IMG/VR virus record: IMGVR_UViG_3300043571_000425 | Strand: one strand, 5' to 3' | DNA: 64,000 bases | DNA from: a virus | Part shown: positions 56,701-63,996 of the stretch, piece by piece | Position numbering within the stretch: position 1 is the first letter of the stretch | Layout of the letters: each line of letters opens with the position of its first letter | The notes under the pieces: model-generated | Database searches by the model: none | The model's input: the letters and a program-made list of their open reading frames with translations, nothing else | What the model was told of the DNA's origin: nothing | Position numbers and translations under genes: made by a program

Positions 56701-57101
56701 AAGGTGGTAAAGTCCCCAACTATGCCGACGGTGGAGTAATTGGGGCAATTGGTGATGCACTTCAAAGGGAGCGTCAAGCATCAGGAGTAAAACCAGTATT
56801 AGCGGCGTTGACTCCGGGTGAAAGGGTGCTAACGGTACGCCAGAACAAACGGTTTGAGGAATTGCAAATGGAACGGGTTCTCAATTACGCCGGAGGTGGC
56901 GTGGTTGGCGGTTCAGTTCCCAACATGAACTTTACCGCTCCCAGTCAATCATCAACCGTTAATGTCAATGTACCCGTCAATGTGAATGGGGGACAGGGTG
57001 ATACATCTGTTAATGTGCCACAACTACAAAACGCCGTCCGGTCTGCGGTATTGTCAGAAATTCAGAAACAGCAAAGGCCAGGTGGTGCGTTGAATAAGTA
57101 G
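44745..57101 (+). CDS. tape measure protein with M23-peptidase-like and SLT/lysozyme-like domains
   Basis: About 4,118 aa from the ATG at 44745 (the track's TTG at 44694 lies inside the last CRISPR repeat). Coiled-coil and Gly/Ala-rich TM-like segments. HSKVDFD...GPHLDFGVRLNGKYIEP at about 54300-54700; ETGGTLSP..SATGLIQFMPATARGLG at about 54815-55060. Confidence 0.85.
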   Translation: MNLGELIVDLSLDYAEFNQSLEQAKKAASSAAASIEKSFQKLSLSVDIDDKSLTDLNQHINISVQHLKQANTFFRNNPITTYVNDDSLTDLNEHLNVKVRHLKEVNHFYAQNPITVRTNTGQLDELEERLDRLGNRKVTMEVDTIVLNQYQDKTAEVVEQAISNAIRQMQVPQSSGQSAQQSPQSQQNRVQRVQLGLDPLRSIGEGVFENVGKQLSKGVGSSMQDSLGVDMKSFTQIASNSVLRYFGVGKKAQKDPKNNKSKIKSIVEDAIKDYSTAVDKGSGSIRGELDDVDLSSVDAIARNSLLRYFGVGKKAQSDPKNNQAKIKSIIEDAVKQYSGTDVKKENSGVISNTFSEINKAFSETVNKGVQGIAERAKLATIKEVRRASTNVLANSSSGVRDSVNGLFDAAESGKKGSVSQYIGRGLASQSRKAVEGTFSNLFPTVAPIVKEFLATGNKPPVEKQAPKQRPADGLLEAANQLKEAAKAISESAIKVQSVAPVIHEQIADPWGSADLTPVQIPLKPAKQKTKKQEPEPELVLLELPQQTQQHFKTLNAEVGKNTAKSLEFLKATTQENIKQQTTQSIANIKAALAAINQYFKTEYKQVKDAVDNAKSTGHIDDINAARSAAKNYQRRLSGAVKEIDRIVKSGEDAGFSKEFGSELSQVHATGKGQLVASDKRVGQQLGGLNLLEANQFKKDVKTYTELAKKAGIEIDAGLIKGLDIGSAGVTAETRDLLNGLIATVKKTMGIQSPSWVMMGIGAMIAAGLGLGIKNGVVDVSSAVGLLTDAIGDGLKDIQSIPSEGIEAYNQALENAVSDKSELTKKVFEEAKGASKATLPGMVLGTTMMGVANAGLVPKSIETPLRHLGAFYQGKAGVHQMNPQLAREAEIATIFNMMQLAEKGDGYFPDSGFVGMVKHKTLPTLAHTLGGFNYTQNKDKGLQINDVYDWHQDTNTDKNTPFKLPKNLGSKIYKFLESKKWLQDLLGVEENLFGNTKAFTKYNKKTGRELFSVLNTQSGNDFQLGHSVHSELIGGNPYIQTHRLDGKGLDDLTDLATNPYIASKGNFGQFLNHPKIQEYVLGGSQQNQQPSGLLGQLLPALKKDLGSNPILTNLFSSATKAIGKGGSFKDIGTNLITSFGQGILSSDDGVFGILGTFAKSAIGLVKKIFGIASPSKIFHWIGLMLGLGLEEGAMSSLSKANQKITGSVKATTNNAKTIIQGDHSLGLIGNIPLGVKKEVSIGNQVQGADGTVSGSAGYVKNVPYTINDLRNHVGDILSANKNYGTSVVPGLSGILENNLFPTFSKAFKTIKSSPVYTQKNQQKNPQAVYAATPNIHSQPTILNHAQHAFNTLSSIHSQPTRLNAPQQSQATVLQPTNTILQPLQSNTLRQANTVLQPTNTILQPLQSNTLRQANTVLQPNWMFHNPTSPQTVSAAIPLQQITQLGTELGNNVISAVGNSIKQTRGLSYPTLGQYMRNAVVAAGSAMSGSLMGMLGGHLKTFFPMIMKVALPMAGVAALKLGDGITGNLLKNGIFKQGGFLTELLSAFSGIKLGSMGGAGIKSAITGITQFLGVFPMLSPLARIGSMAANAGVVAHDVFSGGNGGRKSVNTVLENKTTENLKEAGLNSTGNSTADLVENLAETTVGALFRMIGFDGVKASAVQALIKGKVKQHSEQIANAVGGVGNGQISALIDGYVKGDSTQLAGTAESMLKNMGITGLDSKQIKLAANAITATLSGLHAKFGQEGFGLGESINKGFRKSLANLANAKDDLEYNLKKAVGKASAGDVIGNIFKRMSRGFVVDKGMFDEMWNQVGASFKKGAFKGMSGNEQEGMFGNMMGFMASATAMFAPITAMAASLAPLFLPLMPIIAGIGGAIRMVMPQLSKLFEGMQRVETLQRRFTFLGGSKAGGIAELNYAKGVANQMNVPSEVAANSYSQLAIASKGTKMEGQGVKDLFEGITASLSALGISGQDASLVFMAYTQIMAKGKLSMEELRQQLGEKFPPAMGVFAKAMGVSVAEMNDLVASGSILSQDILPKVAKVLKLDYGKSASGSADSLVLALTKLGNVGFEITSIFTDKLSGALAGIVNFASNGLGFLKDSLGTLIPLGQSFVIGFTATIAVGLTVMMTKIKPVVVLLGTLQSLVLSTFSAIASNLMPMIIGITSDVADGWLGAESDLMQNMTRGFTNMFTGLFSAIDSGVRAMSGKPLFAEGLIGGKGVNLIVAGIDAIKGALGAVFSIIPPGVVELGALVFMLEQAIALGSMALGPALVGGGKALLGMVVGIKNAFIGTVGTVKIWGELMMTSMNAGAVATEKAAARAMIANQGWKMSLIALRSMATHVAIAMGILMFSKGDFSNPLGDKIGETSKKVTVNLNNMKSAALSLGEAFDKAAGQLVNLNNKLTDTLPSKGVQLDIRNFWDKTKSTTSDDLIRNSNRAEVERRQREKDGKQTFGDKALNVADKALKYSGITTPMYLYNSWLSDRLVPKTDDATIDLVKKYGLEKYIAPDKNLRVDMAQSQVIKALQDSEANTKALASTYSKLGLTKQTQQNYLIPEKMGPVSNTFDIDAQIKAANDKIARLNELDKKYTFYQSSRADGRISKEEDLSGFSFGGKTANPERIIRGDLDIEKNIIREQIKQLENQRASTAQGVERFKSNKEIQLIDAQILARVKRGVQLEKANPSDATRKELGGIDTAVLELKTRREKIINGMGSDVKDAKETLDILEQHKKDILDGADEATKSFNIQIRRAIAKNIDQQIELAKNAFDIAQKSVPAQFGDDLYKNAANKLRDTQIAFDRTSSADKIASATFRASVNSSSERSANVAPILANRQVADLEKQQKELDNLTSRKKETIDAYAAILRYGANKDVKDELEKLKAEVLKDDESLAQLQDDVATAKRGIRQTLVDQTKQVADYYRTAVREAQAVSIEFQKAQKTLENSRMQNKLREALIGAGDNIYTQFIEGIINIISQTTEIEKQQLEARKQRIDYENNIEDIRLQAAELQRSLPGKIIPLDSSMADNFNLSLEEINGTVNTINNSVKNVANTLSNDVVDAAKKANTELDKLNQSIKTIDNSSNSWIEGFGSKFADLTKSLENGFDGVGNAIADMTLKTSSWLASMATGQGLLQNLAGGVKSVVSGVFGQQAGQQLDQGVQQLASNPIGAINNFLGAKNKILSPIQGTTVEDLLRYKPSYQQGFYGSRDKGARQHSKVDFDSRAKAGQNAEIIASLPGTATAKKWTGNSGGVFINSILPSGQKITLEYGHLSLESIKKTFGGQLGKSIEVQAGQKLGNVIHDALSSGPHLDFGVRLNGKYIEPQKFLQDFMGGKYGGVVSGKTMQQRQPVPKVPPIPGLDPRIDTKFLQTVANIAQSVGAKPEDLLKTMLYETGGTLSPSARNSRTSATGLIQFMPATARGLGTNINALAQMSPQDQLVFVQKYLKQNSRGQKLDSFRKVLSTVFAGNPNASLGIGDGDITLGNYLKKAESRYGNTARQLTQIAMQGGAIDPNSMQQAVTQAGRLKLNTAAQQLQTNQINSNLTPEQIRENELRQRLEAYRFIRSTRKSALGDISSTKDSTLGTQRTVLEGLSPNMSNADRFGIQLADLRRKIEKDMEALQQIIDDTDGAIAQKPDLQAAFNLAMKKFPNDPKLAADAVKANDLTFKATAFRNAEAKKDLAFLKSNADDILKASIADFDKKEFFRLSEQDIAQQTKVIEQLQQQLQSIQKLEEIDPLNPLVLKIPSLQKNIDLLSLNRDQYQQLLDLQKRYYEGGGKGGNMSEEAYQKEFKAILNVNSVKKEGIDLNFNYANTVKKIEQAQVELDTSSKMFDLLNQNKFDLRSSNIETLKSGMANEFYTNRLTRDLETEKEMERARRAKEQLAIDVNEYNLKFPENAFNADQIKEMTAALDELNKKKLDDITRSAKTFDMALKEMFQENLINGLTSGFTELINGTKSFGDVLNDLANNILNGVLNIALNSLLKGAFGGGGLFNFNKGGKVPNYADGGVIGAIGDALQRERQASGVKPVLAALTPGERVLTVRQNKRFEELQMERVLNYAGGGVVGGSVPNMNFTAPSQSSTVNVNVPVNVNGGQGDTSVNVPQLQNAVRSAVLSEIQKQQRPGGALNK

Positions 57102-57422
57102 TTATCGAGACCGCATTAACACAAACTCTACTTCCCAATTCCGATCATCTAATTCTTGTTGGGAAAAAACGGCTGCCCCTCTATTTCCTACTCCAATGCT
57201 GTAAAACCTTGATTTTGGTATGTTTTTGATGCTGAAAGAAAAGATACATCTAACACCAGAGTCTTCTGTTGGACGCTTGCCAAGTCCAGTAGATCCTGAA
57301 GTAATTATCTTTTCTTGCTCATCTTTCACAATCACAGGCATTGGTCTGGTTACATTTCTAAACCTTTCTGTTCCATAACAGTCATCGTCCGTTCCTTTAA
57401 TACCAGCCGCTAATGTTTTCAT
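57102..57422 (-). CDS. hypothetical protein
   Basis: The start MKTLAAG at 57422 is preferred, 4 nt after the KilA-N gene stop. The longer track ORF overlaps that gene. Confidence 0.4.
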   Translation of the reverse strand: MKTLAAGIKGTDDDCYGTERFRNVTRPMPVIVKDEQEKIITSGSTGLGKRPTEDSGVRCIFSFSIKNIPKSRFYSIGVGNRGAAVFSQQELDDRNWEVEFVLMRSR

Positions 57423-57426
57423 TGTT

Positions 57427-58221
57427 TTACTCCCCAAACCACAATTGGCGGGAATCATCGAGAATCTTCTTATCCAATTCTTCAAGGTAGTCGCGGCGTA
57501 ATTCTTGGTTTTCACGGACGCTCGACACATTTTCCCAGGCATAATCAGGAATTTTGATTGACTCAAGATGCTTGTTTAGCTTTTTGTAGTCAGGATTACC
57601 ACTTTTAGTCATGAACCCGTACCGTTTGCACAGTTCCGTTTTGTTGACTGTTGATCCGTCATTAATTATTTGATCATCTTGGATTATGCGATCACGGTAT
57701 TCAATTTCCTTGACCGTTGAATAGCCTAAAACTTTTTGCTGTACGAGTTCAGGGAGTGCCGTTGCTACGTATTGTCTAAGTTGTAGCAACTTTAATTCCG
57801 CCTGAACTTTGTCATTTTCCAGTTTTGCCAATTCCAGTTTTAGTTTCATTTCTTCAACGGGGTTTATCTCAATTGAAGTTGAGCCAGATGCCATTAGATT
57901 GAAAATATGCGCGTTACACCAAACATGGAATGACGGGCTAATCCACTGAGCCAAGTGCAATGCTATTAATGGATGACCCCATGTACCTTGTGTAAATTCT
58001 GCGGAATTTCCTTTTTTGATTACTAAAAGTTCCGATATTGTGATCCCAATATCACTCGAAACTGCCTCTAGGTAAGACTTTGTGGACTTGAGATTATTCC
58101 AGTTCCCTAGTAGCTTTCCATTCGCTTGGCACATTTGGGTTAAGTTGACAAACCCATCTGCGCGTCGTTGAATTAATTGCCCGTTGTAATCAAAATTCTG
58201 TATCATAGTCATTATGTTCAC
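57427..58221 (-). CDS. KilA-N domain protein
   Basis: FDYNGQLIQRRADGFVNLTQMCQANGK...GTWGHPLIALHLAQWISPSFHVW. Confidence 0.75.
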   Translation of the reverse strand: MNIMTMIQNFDYNGQLIQRRADGFVNLTQMCQANGKLLGNWNNLKSTKSYLEAVSSDIGITISELLVIKKGNSAEFTQGTWGHPLIALHLAQWISPSFHVWCNAHIFNLMASGSTSIEINPVEEMKLKLELAKLENDKVQAELKLLQLRQYVATALPELVQQKVLGYSTVKEIEYRDRIIQDDQIINDGSTVNKTELCKRYGFMTKSGNPDYKKLNKHLESIKIPDYAWENVSSVRENQELRRDYLEELDKKILDDSRQLWFGE

Positions 58222-58365
58222 TTCGCAGTTAGTGGACGGTCAGTTGTAACGGCGGGAGTGTTGACTACTCCCATCCCGTGCTGACACTATTTATTGATTA
58301 TACGATGAGATTACTGATTTTTCGATAAGCACGGGTAAATGAAAACGCCCGGCGTGTTTGTAAGG

Positions 58366-58620
58366 TCAAGAATCAAAATTTACTCCACTTATCCAAGCGC
58401 GATCAACCGCGATAGAATATTCTAAGTTTAATGCTGCCATAGACAAAATGCGGCGATATTTCCCCCGTCGTAGAGAGTCAATATCGCCGTTTAGTGAATT
58501 TGAATAATTATTTATAGGTGCGGCTGGTTGTATATTTGCAATATTTTCAAGCCACACAATATGAGATTCATATTTTTTTATCCAGTTCATTGACTCAATA
58601 GATGTTATTGGATGCGCCAT
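58366..58620 (-). CDS. hypothetical protein
   Basis: 84 aa; the conserved 30-nt upstream element is shared with 38055-38456. Confidence 0.4.
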   Translation of the reverse strand: MAHPITSIESMNWIKKYESHIVWLENIANIQPAAPINNYSNSLNGDIDSLRRGKYRRILSMAALNLEYSIAVDRAWISGVNFDS

Positions 58621-58867
58621 ATCTACCTCACTACTGGATATATTGAAACTGATTTAATTGTAGCAATTCCTTCTGATTCTTCCTGTTTTTTGTATTCTTT
58701 AATTCGTTTTTCCTCGGTTTCTATCCAACGTGAATATTCATAAGTCACCCGTTTGCATCTGGATTATGTATGCCACTACTGGAACTGGCACGTTAGACAA
58801 GTATAATATATGCGACGGTTATTATTTTAACTTGTTTCGATTATAAGTTAAGCGATCGCAATGGTAA

Positions 58868-59092
58868 CTATTTAGATGTTGCTGAGTCTTGGATTGGTAC
58901 GGACATGACGACTACATAGTGCCAATCAACCCAGAATTTAAAGCAAGCGAATTGAATTATCAAGTTGCCGTAAAGCGTGGTGAAGTAAAACCATTTCCAA
59001 TTGAGTAAAGTTATTTGGAATTTTACCTCAATTCCATCAATAGTTTGTCCGTTATATTTGCCTTTGGGAAGTTTATTTTTGAGTTGGTTCAC
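58868..59092 (-). CDS. hypothetical protein
   Basis: 74 aa ORF. Confidence 0.3.
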   Translation of the reverse strand: MNQLKNKLPKGKYNGQTIDGIEVKFQITLLNWKWFYFTTLYGNLIIQFACFKFWVDWHYVVVMSVPIQDSATSK

Positions 59093-59258
59093 GGTTTTTA
59101 ATAATTGTATTAATCTATAATATTATACATATTTGTGAAACTATTTATGATCAAAAAAGCCCCTGATTTCTCAGAGGCTAATTTCTAAAATGGCAGAAAA
59201 TCGTATAAATTTCTTTTACCAGATAGACTTTCTCTACCACTTAAATTCCTCCAAAAGA

Positions 59259-59477
59259 TTAATCTTCATCAGCTTCATAGTCAGGGCGATCGCCAGTGAG
59301 TAGCTGAAATATTTCTTCAGCCGCGCAAAGAATTGATTTTTCTGTTGGATGCTGGGAATTAAAAAAATAGCCCGGATTTTGCCGTTTTGCATACCCTAGA
59401 TACCCGTAGATGATCCAACAAAGGTCTTCAATAAACTCTTTTTGATTGCAGTCAAATGATGTGTCGATCTTCATCAT
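59259..59477 (-). CDS. hypothetical protein
   Basis: 72 aa ORF. Confidence 0.35.
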   Translation of the reverse strand: MMKIDTSFDCNQKEFIEDLCWIIYGYLGYAKRQNPGYFFNSQHPTEKSILCAAEEIFQLLTGDRPDYEADED

Positions 59478-59585
59478 GCTATTTGCTCTTTTGAATTAAA
59501 TAAAACTTCTCCAACAAATCCTTTCTGTCTTTGATCGTTTGCGCGATCGCTCAAATATTTTAACTAAAGCGATCGTGCTAACTAA

Positions 59586-60605
59586 TTAAATTGATAAAAC
59601 AATATCAATTATTTCTGACGGGCTTAACCGACTTGGTGTGTTCCAACCGCTTCCACCAACTGTTTTACGCCCTCCCCAACCGTCTGCATTAGGGTTAATT
59701 TTGCGTTCGGCTTCTGTCAAGGCTTCAAAAGTGCCTTGTGTGTAGTCTAGGGTTGAGAGTTTGGGGTGTAGCGGAATACAACCGATTGTGTAACTAAATC
59801 CTTTAAATTCGTTGTCTACGAATACTTCTCGCTGCGCTAGAGTAATCGGTGTTGCACAGTCGTGACCGTGATTTTCCCGAATAAAATCGTAGGCTTTTAG
59901 AGCGCAACGCGGATCTATGTACCGCCCTTGTAAACCTTTGTAGTCAATTAACAAAGTATCTTTGTAGAAAGTTACACGGTTTTCATCAAGTAGTAGCTGC
60001 GTATTACTTTCAACCTTCTCCCAATATTCCTTAGCTTCCCCACATTCTCCAGGGAATTTACGTTCACCCTTGCAAGCAGCTATTAGGGATTCTGTACCGC
60101 GTTGGAAAGCTAGAGAAGCATATTCTTCTTTTTGCTCAATTGTCCACTGTTTACGGTCTTTCGGAAGACCTAATTCAATAATTAAACTATCTGAATCGGA
60201 TTTCATTGCTGCTACGCATTGAGCGGCAAAGTTGGATAGGTGCGACAATTCGGACGGAACACCAAGATGATCGCAGTCGTAGGCGATCGACCGGAGTTTG
60301 TTCAATGTTTCTTGGCTTAAATTATTAATCTGAAGATAAGCAGCAGCTACGCAAGCATCTGCATCAACCTGAGTAGTCACAATCAACCCTTGTAAATCAG
60401 AATTGATCATCAACTCATTACTTTTAGGCATTTCATCAATCTGAATGTCTGCACCATCTTGGCGATGATGATCAAAATGGTAATCCTCCCCTTTCATTGA
60501 GTTTATTAACCATCCCGGAACAGTCCCATCAACCATGAAAACTTGGCATCCAGATGATGCTTTTTCTAAAACTTCTAAACGAGTTGTCACCAAATATTTG
60601 ACCAT
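59586..60605 (-). CDS. hypothetical protein (possible metal-dependent phosphoesterase)
   Basis: 339 aa; the HFDHHRQDG and VDADACVAA motifs are only suggestive of a DHH-like enzyme. Confidence 0.4.
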   Translation of the reverse strand: MVKYLVTTRLEVLEKASSGCQVFMVDGTVPGWLINSMKGEDYHFDHHRQDGADIQIDEMPKSNELMINSDLQGLIVTTQVDADACVAAAYLQINNLSQETLNKLRSIAYDCDHLGVPSELSHLSNFAAQCVAAMKSDSDSLIIELGLPKDRKQWTIEQKEEYASLAFQRGTESLIAACKGERKFPGECGEAKEYWEKVESNTQLLLDENRVTFYKDTLLIDYKGLQGRYIDPRCALKAYDFIRENHGHDCATPITLAQREVFVDNEFKGFSYTIGCIPLHPKLSTLDYTQGTFEALTEAERKINPNADGWGGRKTVGGSGWNTPSRLSPSEIIDIVLSI

Positions 60606-60850
60606 TTTGAATCCTTTTAGGTAAATTAATTAGCAGTTTAACGACTTACTCAGGTCAATTGATGTTTACTTTCCTGCAAGCTCATAGGCATTTTCAACTA
60701 ATTCTGCCACAGCTTCATAGGGCGTAGTTAGCAGACTTATACTGAGGCTGGTTATCCACAGCCCTGAATAATTGCACGATATTTCTCTTCTTTGCCGGAG
60801 GGGCGATCGCTTTGCTTATACAATAATTCTATGTCCATAGAATAAATTTG

Positions 60851-61057
60851 TCAAGCTATTTTTGAAGATTTTTCTTTGTTCTCAATAAAAACAGCCAAAC
60901 CCCTTGCTACAGAAGGAATACGAACTACTTGCTCTAGTAGCTCACTCAGTTTTAAATTAAGATTAGCAGCATATTCCTCATACAATGCGATCGCTGTAGG
61001 AGTGAGGTTAATGTGCTTAGAAACCTTCTTTTCACTATATTTCTGACTTCGTGCCAT
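60851..61057 (-). CDS. ribbon-helix-helix (CopG/Arc-like) regulator
   Basis: The start MARSQKYSEKKVSKHINLTPTAIALYEEYA is preferred; flanked by two identical 16-bp palindromic sites. Confidence 0.5.
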   Translation of the reverse strand: MARSQKYSEKKVSKHINLTPTAIALYEEYAANLNLKLSELLEQVVRIPSVARGLAVFIENKEKSSKIA

Positions 61058-61501
61058 ATCTCTCCTTTCTATGTCCATAGAATAGAGAATATCACAAAAA
61101 ATCCCCACTGCCTTCAGTCCAGCAGGGATTTTTGTAGTGGTAGTGCGATCGCTAAAATACGAGTAACAAATAAGATTCCTAGAACATCACTCCCAGGAAG
61201 TAAAAATCCCCAGCTTACTAGCCAGGGATATAAACCAGATCTTAACCGCAGAGGGAGGAGTTGAACCGTCCATAGAAGATAACAAAATACCCACCGATGT
61301 CTTACCATTTAAACGACTCTGCATATTTATTATATCAAAAATCTGATAATGTACCAGTATTAAACCGCCAATATTTTGCAATCATTTTGTCAATTAGCCG
61401 TTGAGTTTTTGATGGTAATTCCCAATAGATGCTATTGATTGCATCGGCGTTTTGCTCATCAATTAATTGATTAATTTGTTGTTGATTCAACATGATTTCA
61501 C

Positions 61502-63424
61502 CTAAATAAACAAAACTTTGATTCTCTCACCCTGCGACACCATTGAGGCTGTAGTTTTCGCTTGCGCTTGATCACCGTCGTTACTTGGTAAAAAACCTAT
61601 AGCAAGCAATTTATATTCATTACCAATACCATACAGGTGCAATTGTCCAGCCGCTTGGTAAATTGTATCTCTGGTCAGATATTTTTTGACTTCAACAATA
61701 GTACCGCCATTAAAATCAGTGGCAATATCAATGAAGCCGCCATTGCTTTTAACTTCTGTTTGCACCTTATAGCCGTGTTCAGTTAGTCGAGTTGCTATAG
61801 CTTTTTGTAAATCTTCCTCCCGCCATTTTTCGGGCAATTCTAAATTAGCGGTAATCATTGCCCAAGTGACAACTTCATCCGTTAGTTCCAAAGCATTTTT
61901 TAAAAGTTTTAGAGCGTCAGGAGTTAAAGTTTCACCCTTTACCTGTTGCCATGCTTGAGTTAATTCGGAATCAGTGGGATTCCTACCTAATTTGTCTATC
62001 CATGAGCCTATAACATGATAAGGATTTATGTCTTCTTTCTGCTCCGGTTGTGGTGTGTCTTGTGGTTTTTCAGTTTGCTCCAAATCATCAATATTAAATT
62101 GAGGAATTAGAGCAATATAAGGATTACCTTTAGTGGGAATTACTAGCGCATAGCGTACACCCTGCTTATCAAGTAGCTCACAAACTTCTTTCAATAAGTC
62201 AAGAATATCACCTTTAACATTAAGAAAGTCGGATGGATTACTTAATATATAGCCTGACACTTTACCCAGTGCAATAAAGCAAATATTCTTGTAACTAGGA
62301 CGACTAAAACCAGTGCAGCCACTTAGCGGATTTTGCCCCATAAACACGCCATGAATTTTCATTGCGGCTGTGAAATTAATGATGTAATTCCACATTCCCT
62401 GCAAGTTAAGTGCGGTTTCTTTGGTTACTTGTTTTTTGCCTGTTCCTGGTAGTCCCTTCCCTCCACCGTAGACGACATTTACCTCATCCTGAATTAAGAA
62501 TATTTCTGATAGACCCGCACCTTTCCGATTGTGTTCAAATTCTTGTTGCCTCTCATCAATAATCTTAGTGGCAAACTTAATCCATTCTGGCAATGATTCC
62601 AGTCCCTCAAACTTTTTAGAGAACTTGCACAACCAACGGGTGACAAAATTCTTGGGGTCACTCCCAATCACATAAGCAGCACCTTGTGATTGAGCCGCAA
62701 TCTTATTAATGATTACCCCTGCCAGAGTTGATTTACCAGACTGAGTTTCACCCCATAATCCAAAGTGGTGGTTAGCCCTATTCCCCATATCCTGAACTGC
62801 GGAACTATCACACAATTCATCAATCCAATTATCATCAATTCTGATGTATTCAGGATATTCTGTAGCTAATTCTTGCAGCACAGCCATCACGCCAGGGTTA
62901 ATGATTTCTTGGACTGCATCCTCATTAAATTCCGCTACTTCAGGACTAGGGATAGAAGATTGAGAGCTTGGTAATTGTCGAGGTTGTTCAATTACCGCTT
63001 GTTGGACTTGCGGCAGTTCCACTAATCCCTGAAGCCCATATTGTTGCATCCATCTACCGCGTTCTTCCACTGGCAGGGAGTTAACGTAAGCTGCTAATTC
63101 CCGTTTGGAATTAATCTGTTGACGGGCTTGCTCAAATGCAAATTCACCCTTCAAACTTTCTTTAACAATAGCGTGGTTAGCCGTTCCAATAGCTTGGTAA
63201 TCTTTCTCTTTTTGACTTCTATCTAGCGCAGAAGTTGTAAATATTCCGCCTGAAACTAATCCCCAAATTGATTGAATTAATTTAACTTCTGGTAGTTGCT
63301 GTGGGAACATTACAGGTGCAAAAGTTCCAGTAATTGCGGACGCTGCAACCAATCCCATCAGCCACCGTTCAGCGTTCATTAAAGGGCTAAATGCCTCCTT
63401 TCTCGTAGCAAATGGATTGGTCAT
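61502..63424 (-). CDS. membrane-anchored FtsK/HerA-type P-loop ATPase with a C-terminal PD-(D/E)xK-like domain
   Basis: N-terminal TM helices; Walker A WGETQSGKST; Walker B IFLIQDEVN; C-terminus GGFIDIATDFNGGTIVEVKKY. Confidence 0.6.
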   Translation of the reverse strand: MTNPFATRKEAFSPLMNAERWLMGLVAASAITGTFAPVMFPQQLPEVKLIQSIWGLVSGGIFTTSALDRSQKEKDYQAIGTANHAIVKESLKGEFAFEQARQQINSKRELAAYVNSLPVEERGRWMQQYGLQGLVELPQVQQAVIEQPRQLPSSQSSIPSPEVAEFNEDAVQEIINPGVMAVLQELATEYPEYIRIDDNWIDELCDSSAVQDMGNRANHHFGLWGETQSGKSTLAGVIINKIAAQSQGAAYVIGSDPKNFVTRWLCKFSKKFEGLESLPEWIKFATKIIDERQQEFEHNRKGAGLSEIFLIQDEVNVVYGGGKGLPGTGKKQVTKETALNLQGMWNYIINFTAAMKIHGVFMGQNPLSGCTGFSRPSYKNICFIALGKVSGYILSNPSDFLNVKGDILDLLKEVCELLDKQGVRYALVIPTKGNPYIALIPQFNIDDLEQTEKPQDTPQPEQKEDINPYHVIGSWIDKLGRNPTDSELTQAWQQVKGETLTPDALKLLKNALELTDEVVTWAMITANLELPEKWREEDLQKAIATRLTEHGYKVQTEVKSNGGFIDIATDFNGGTIVEVKKYLTRDTIYQAAGQLHLYGIGNEYKLLAIGFLPSNDGDQAQAKTTASMVSQGERIKVLFI

Positions 63425-63425
63425 T

Positions 63426-63725
63426 TTATCCCCCTACGTTAATTCCAATTATCAAAGCCGTGATTGCAAATGCCCCAAAAACAAGGCTCGGAGCAAACCC
63501 AATTATTGTTTGGTTTTGATTTAAAATCCCCCTGGACTTGTACCAGAGTCCACACCAATTTGTGAATCCCAGTGCGAATATTAAGAACATTCCTAAAATG
63601 AATAGCGCGATCGCCCCAACTCTACTATTGGGAAAGCTTCTGATTACTATTCCTAATAATTGAAAGAAGGCGTATCCGCAGAATAGACATCCGCTAATAA
63701 ACAATTCCTTCATTGTGATCTTCAT
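63426..63725 (-). CDS. small integral membrane protein
   Basis: 99 aa, 3 predicted TM helices; its stop abuts the ATPase start. Confidence 0.5.
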   Translation of the reverse strand: MKITMKELFISGCLFCGYAFFQLLGIVIRSFPNSRVGAIALFILGMFLIFALGFTNWCGLWYKSRGILNQNQTIIGFAPSLVFGAFAITALIIGINVGG

Positions 63726-63804
63726 TTTTTACCTTCTCATGTCGTATTGCAACCAAAGAATCATGCCCAAAAACAGGGCAACCAACAGAATTACAATCAC
63801 ACCT

Positions 63805-63996
63805 TTAGCGTCTGGAACTATCATTCACACTACTCTCCTTACTAGATAAATAAAATATATTTGCACATCCAAAAGCTAATTCTGCACCAATTACAAATAC
63901 AGCACAGAGAACTTTTACAAACATTACGCTAGGATTACCTAATTGCTTCAAATTAATTTGATAATCCGTCCAAAAAGTGTAAGCAGCAATTAACAA
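63805..63996 (-). CDS. small integral membrane protein (may be truncated by the window edge)
   Basis: 63 aa, hydrophobic. Confidence 0.4.
   Translation of the reverse strand: MLIAAYTFWTDYQINLKQLGNPSVMFVKVLCAVFVIGAELAFGCANIFYLSSKESSVNDSSRR

Noticed and set aside
47594-56719. Many 60-240 aa minus-strand ORFs inside the tape measure gene
   Set aside because: They are antisense shadows of a long, compositionally biased CDS, with no start or SD context.
57423-57566. N-terminal extension of the 57102-57566 ORF
   Set aside because: It overlaps the KilA-N gene by 140 nt in another frame. The internal ATG at 57422, 4 nt after that gene's stop, fits better.
61255-61290. GGAGTTGAACCGTCC (reverse complement GGACGGTTCAACTCC) resembling a tRNA T-arm, possibly an attP core
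   Set aside because: The stem does not pair properly, no acceptor arm is present, and no integrase is present in the window.
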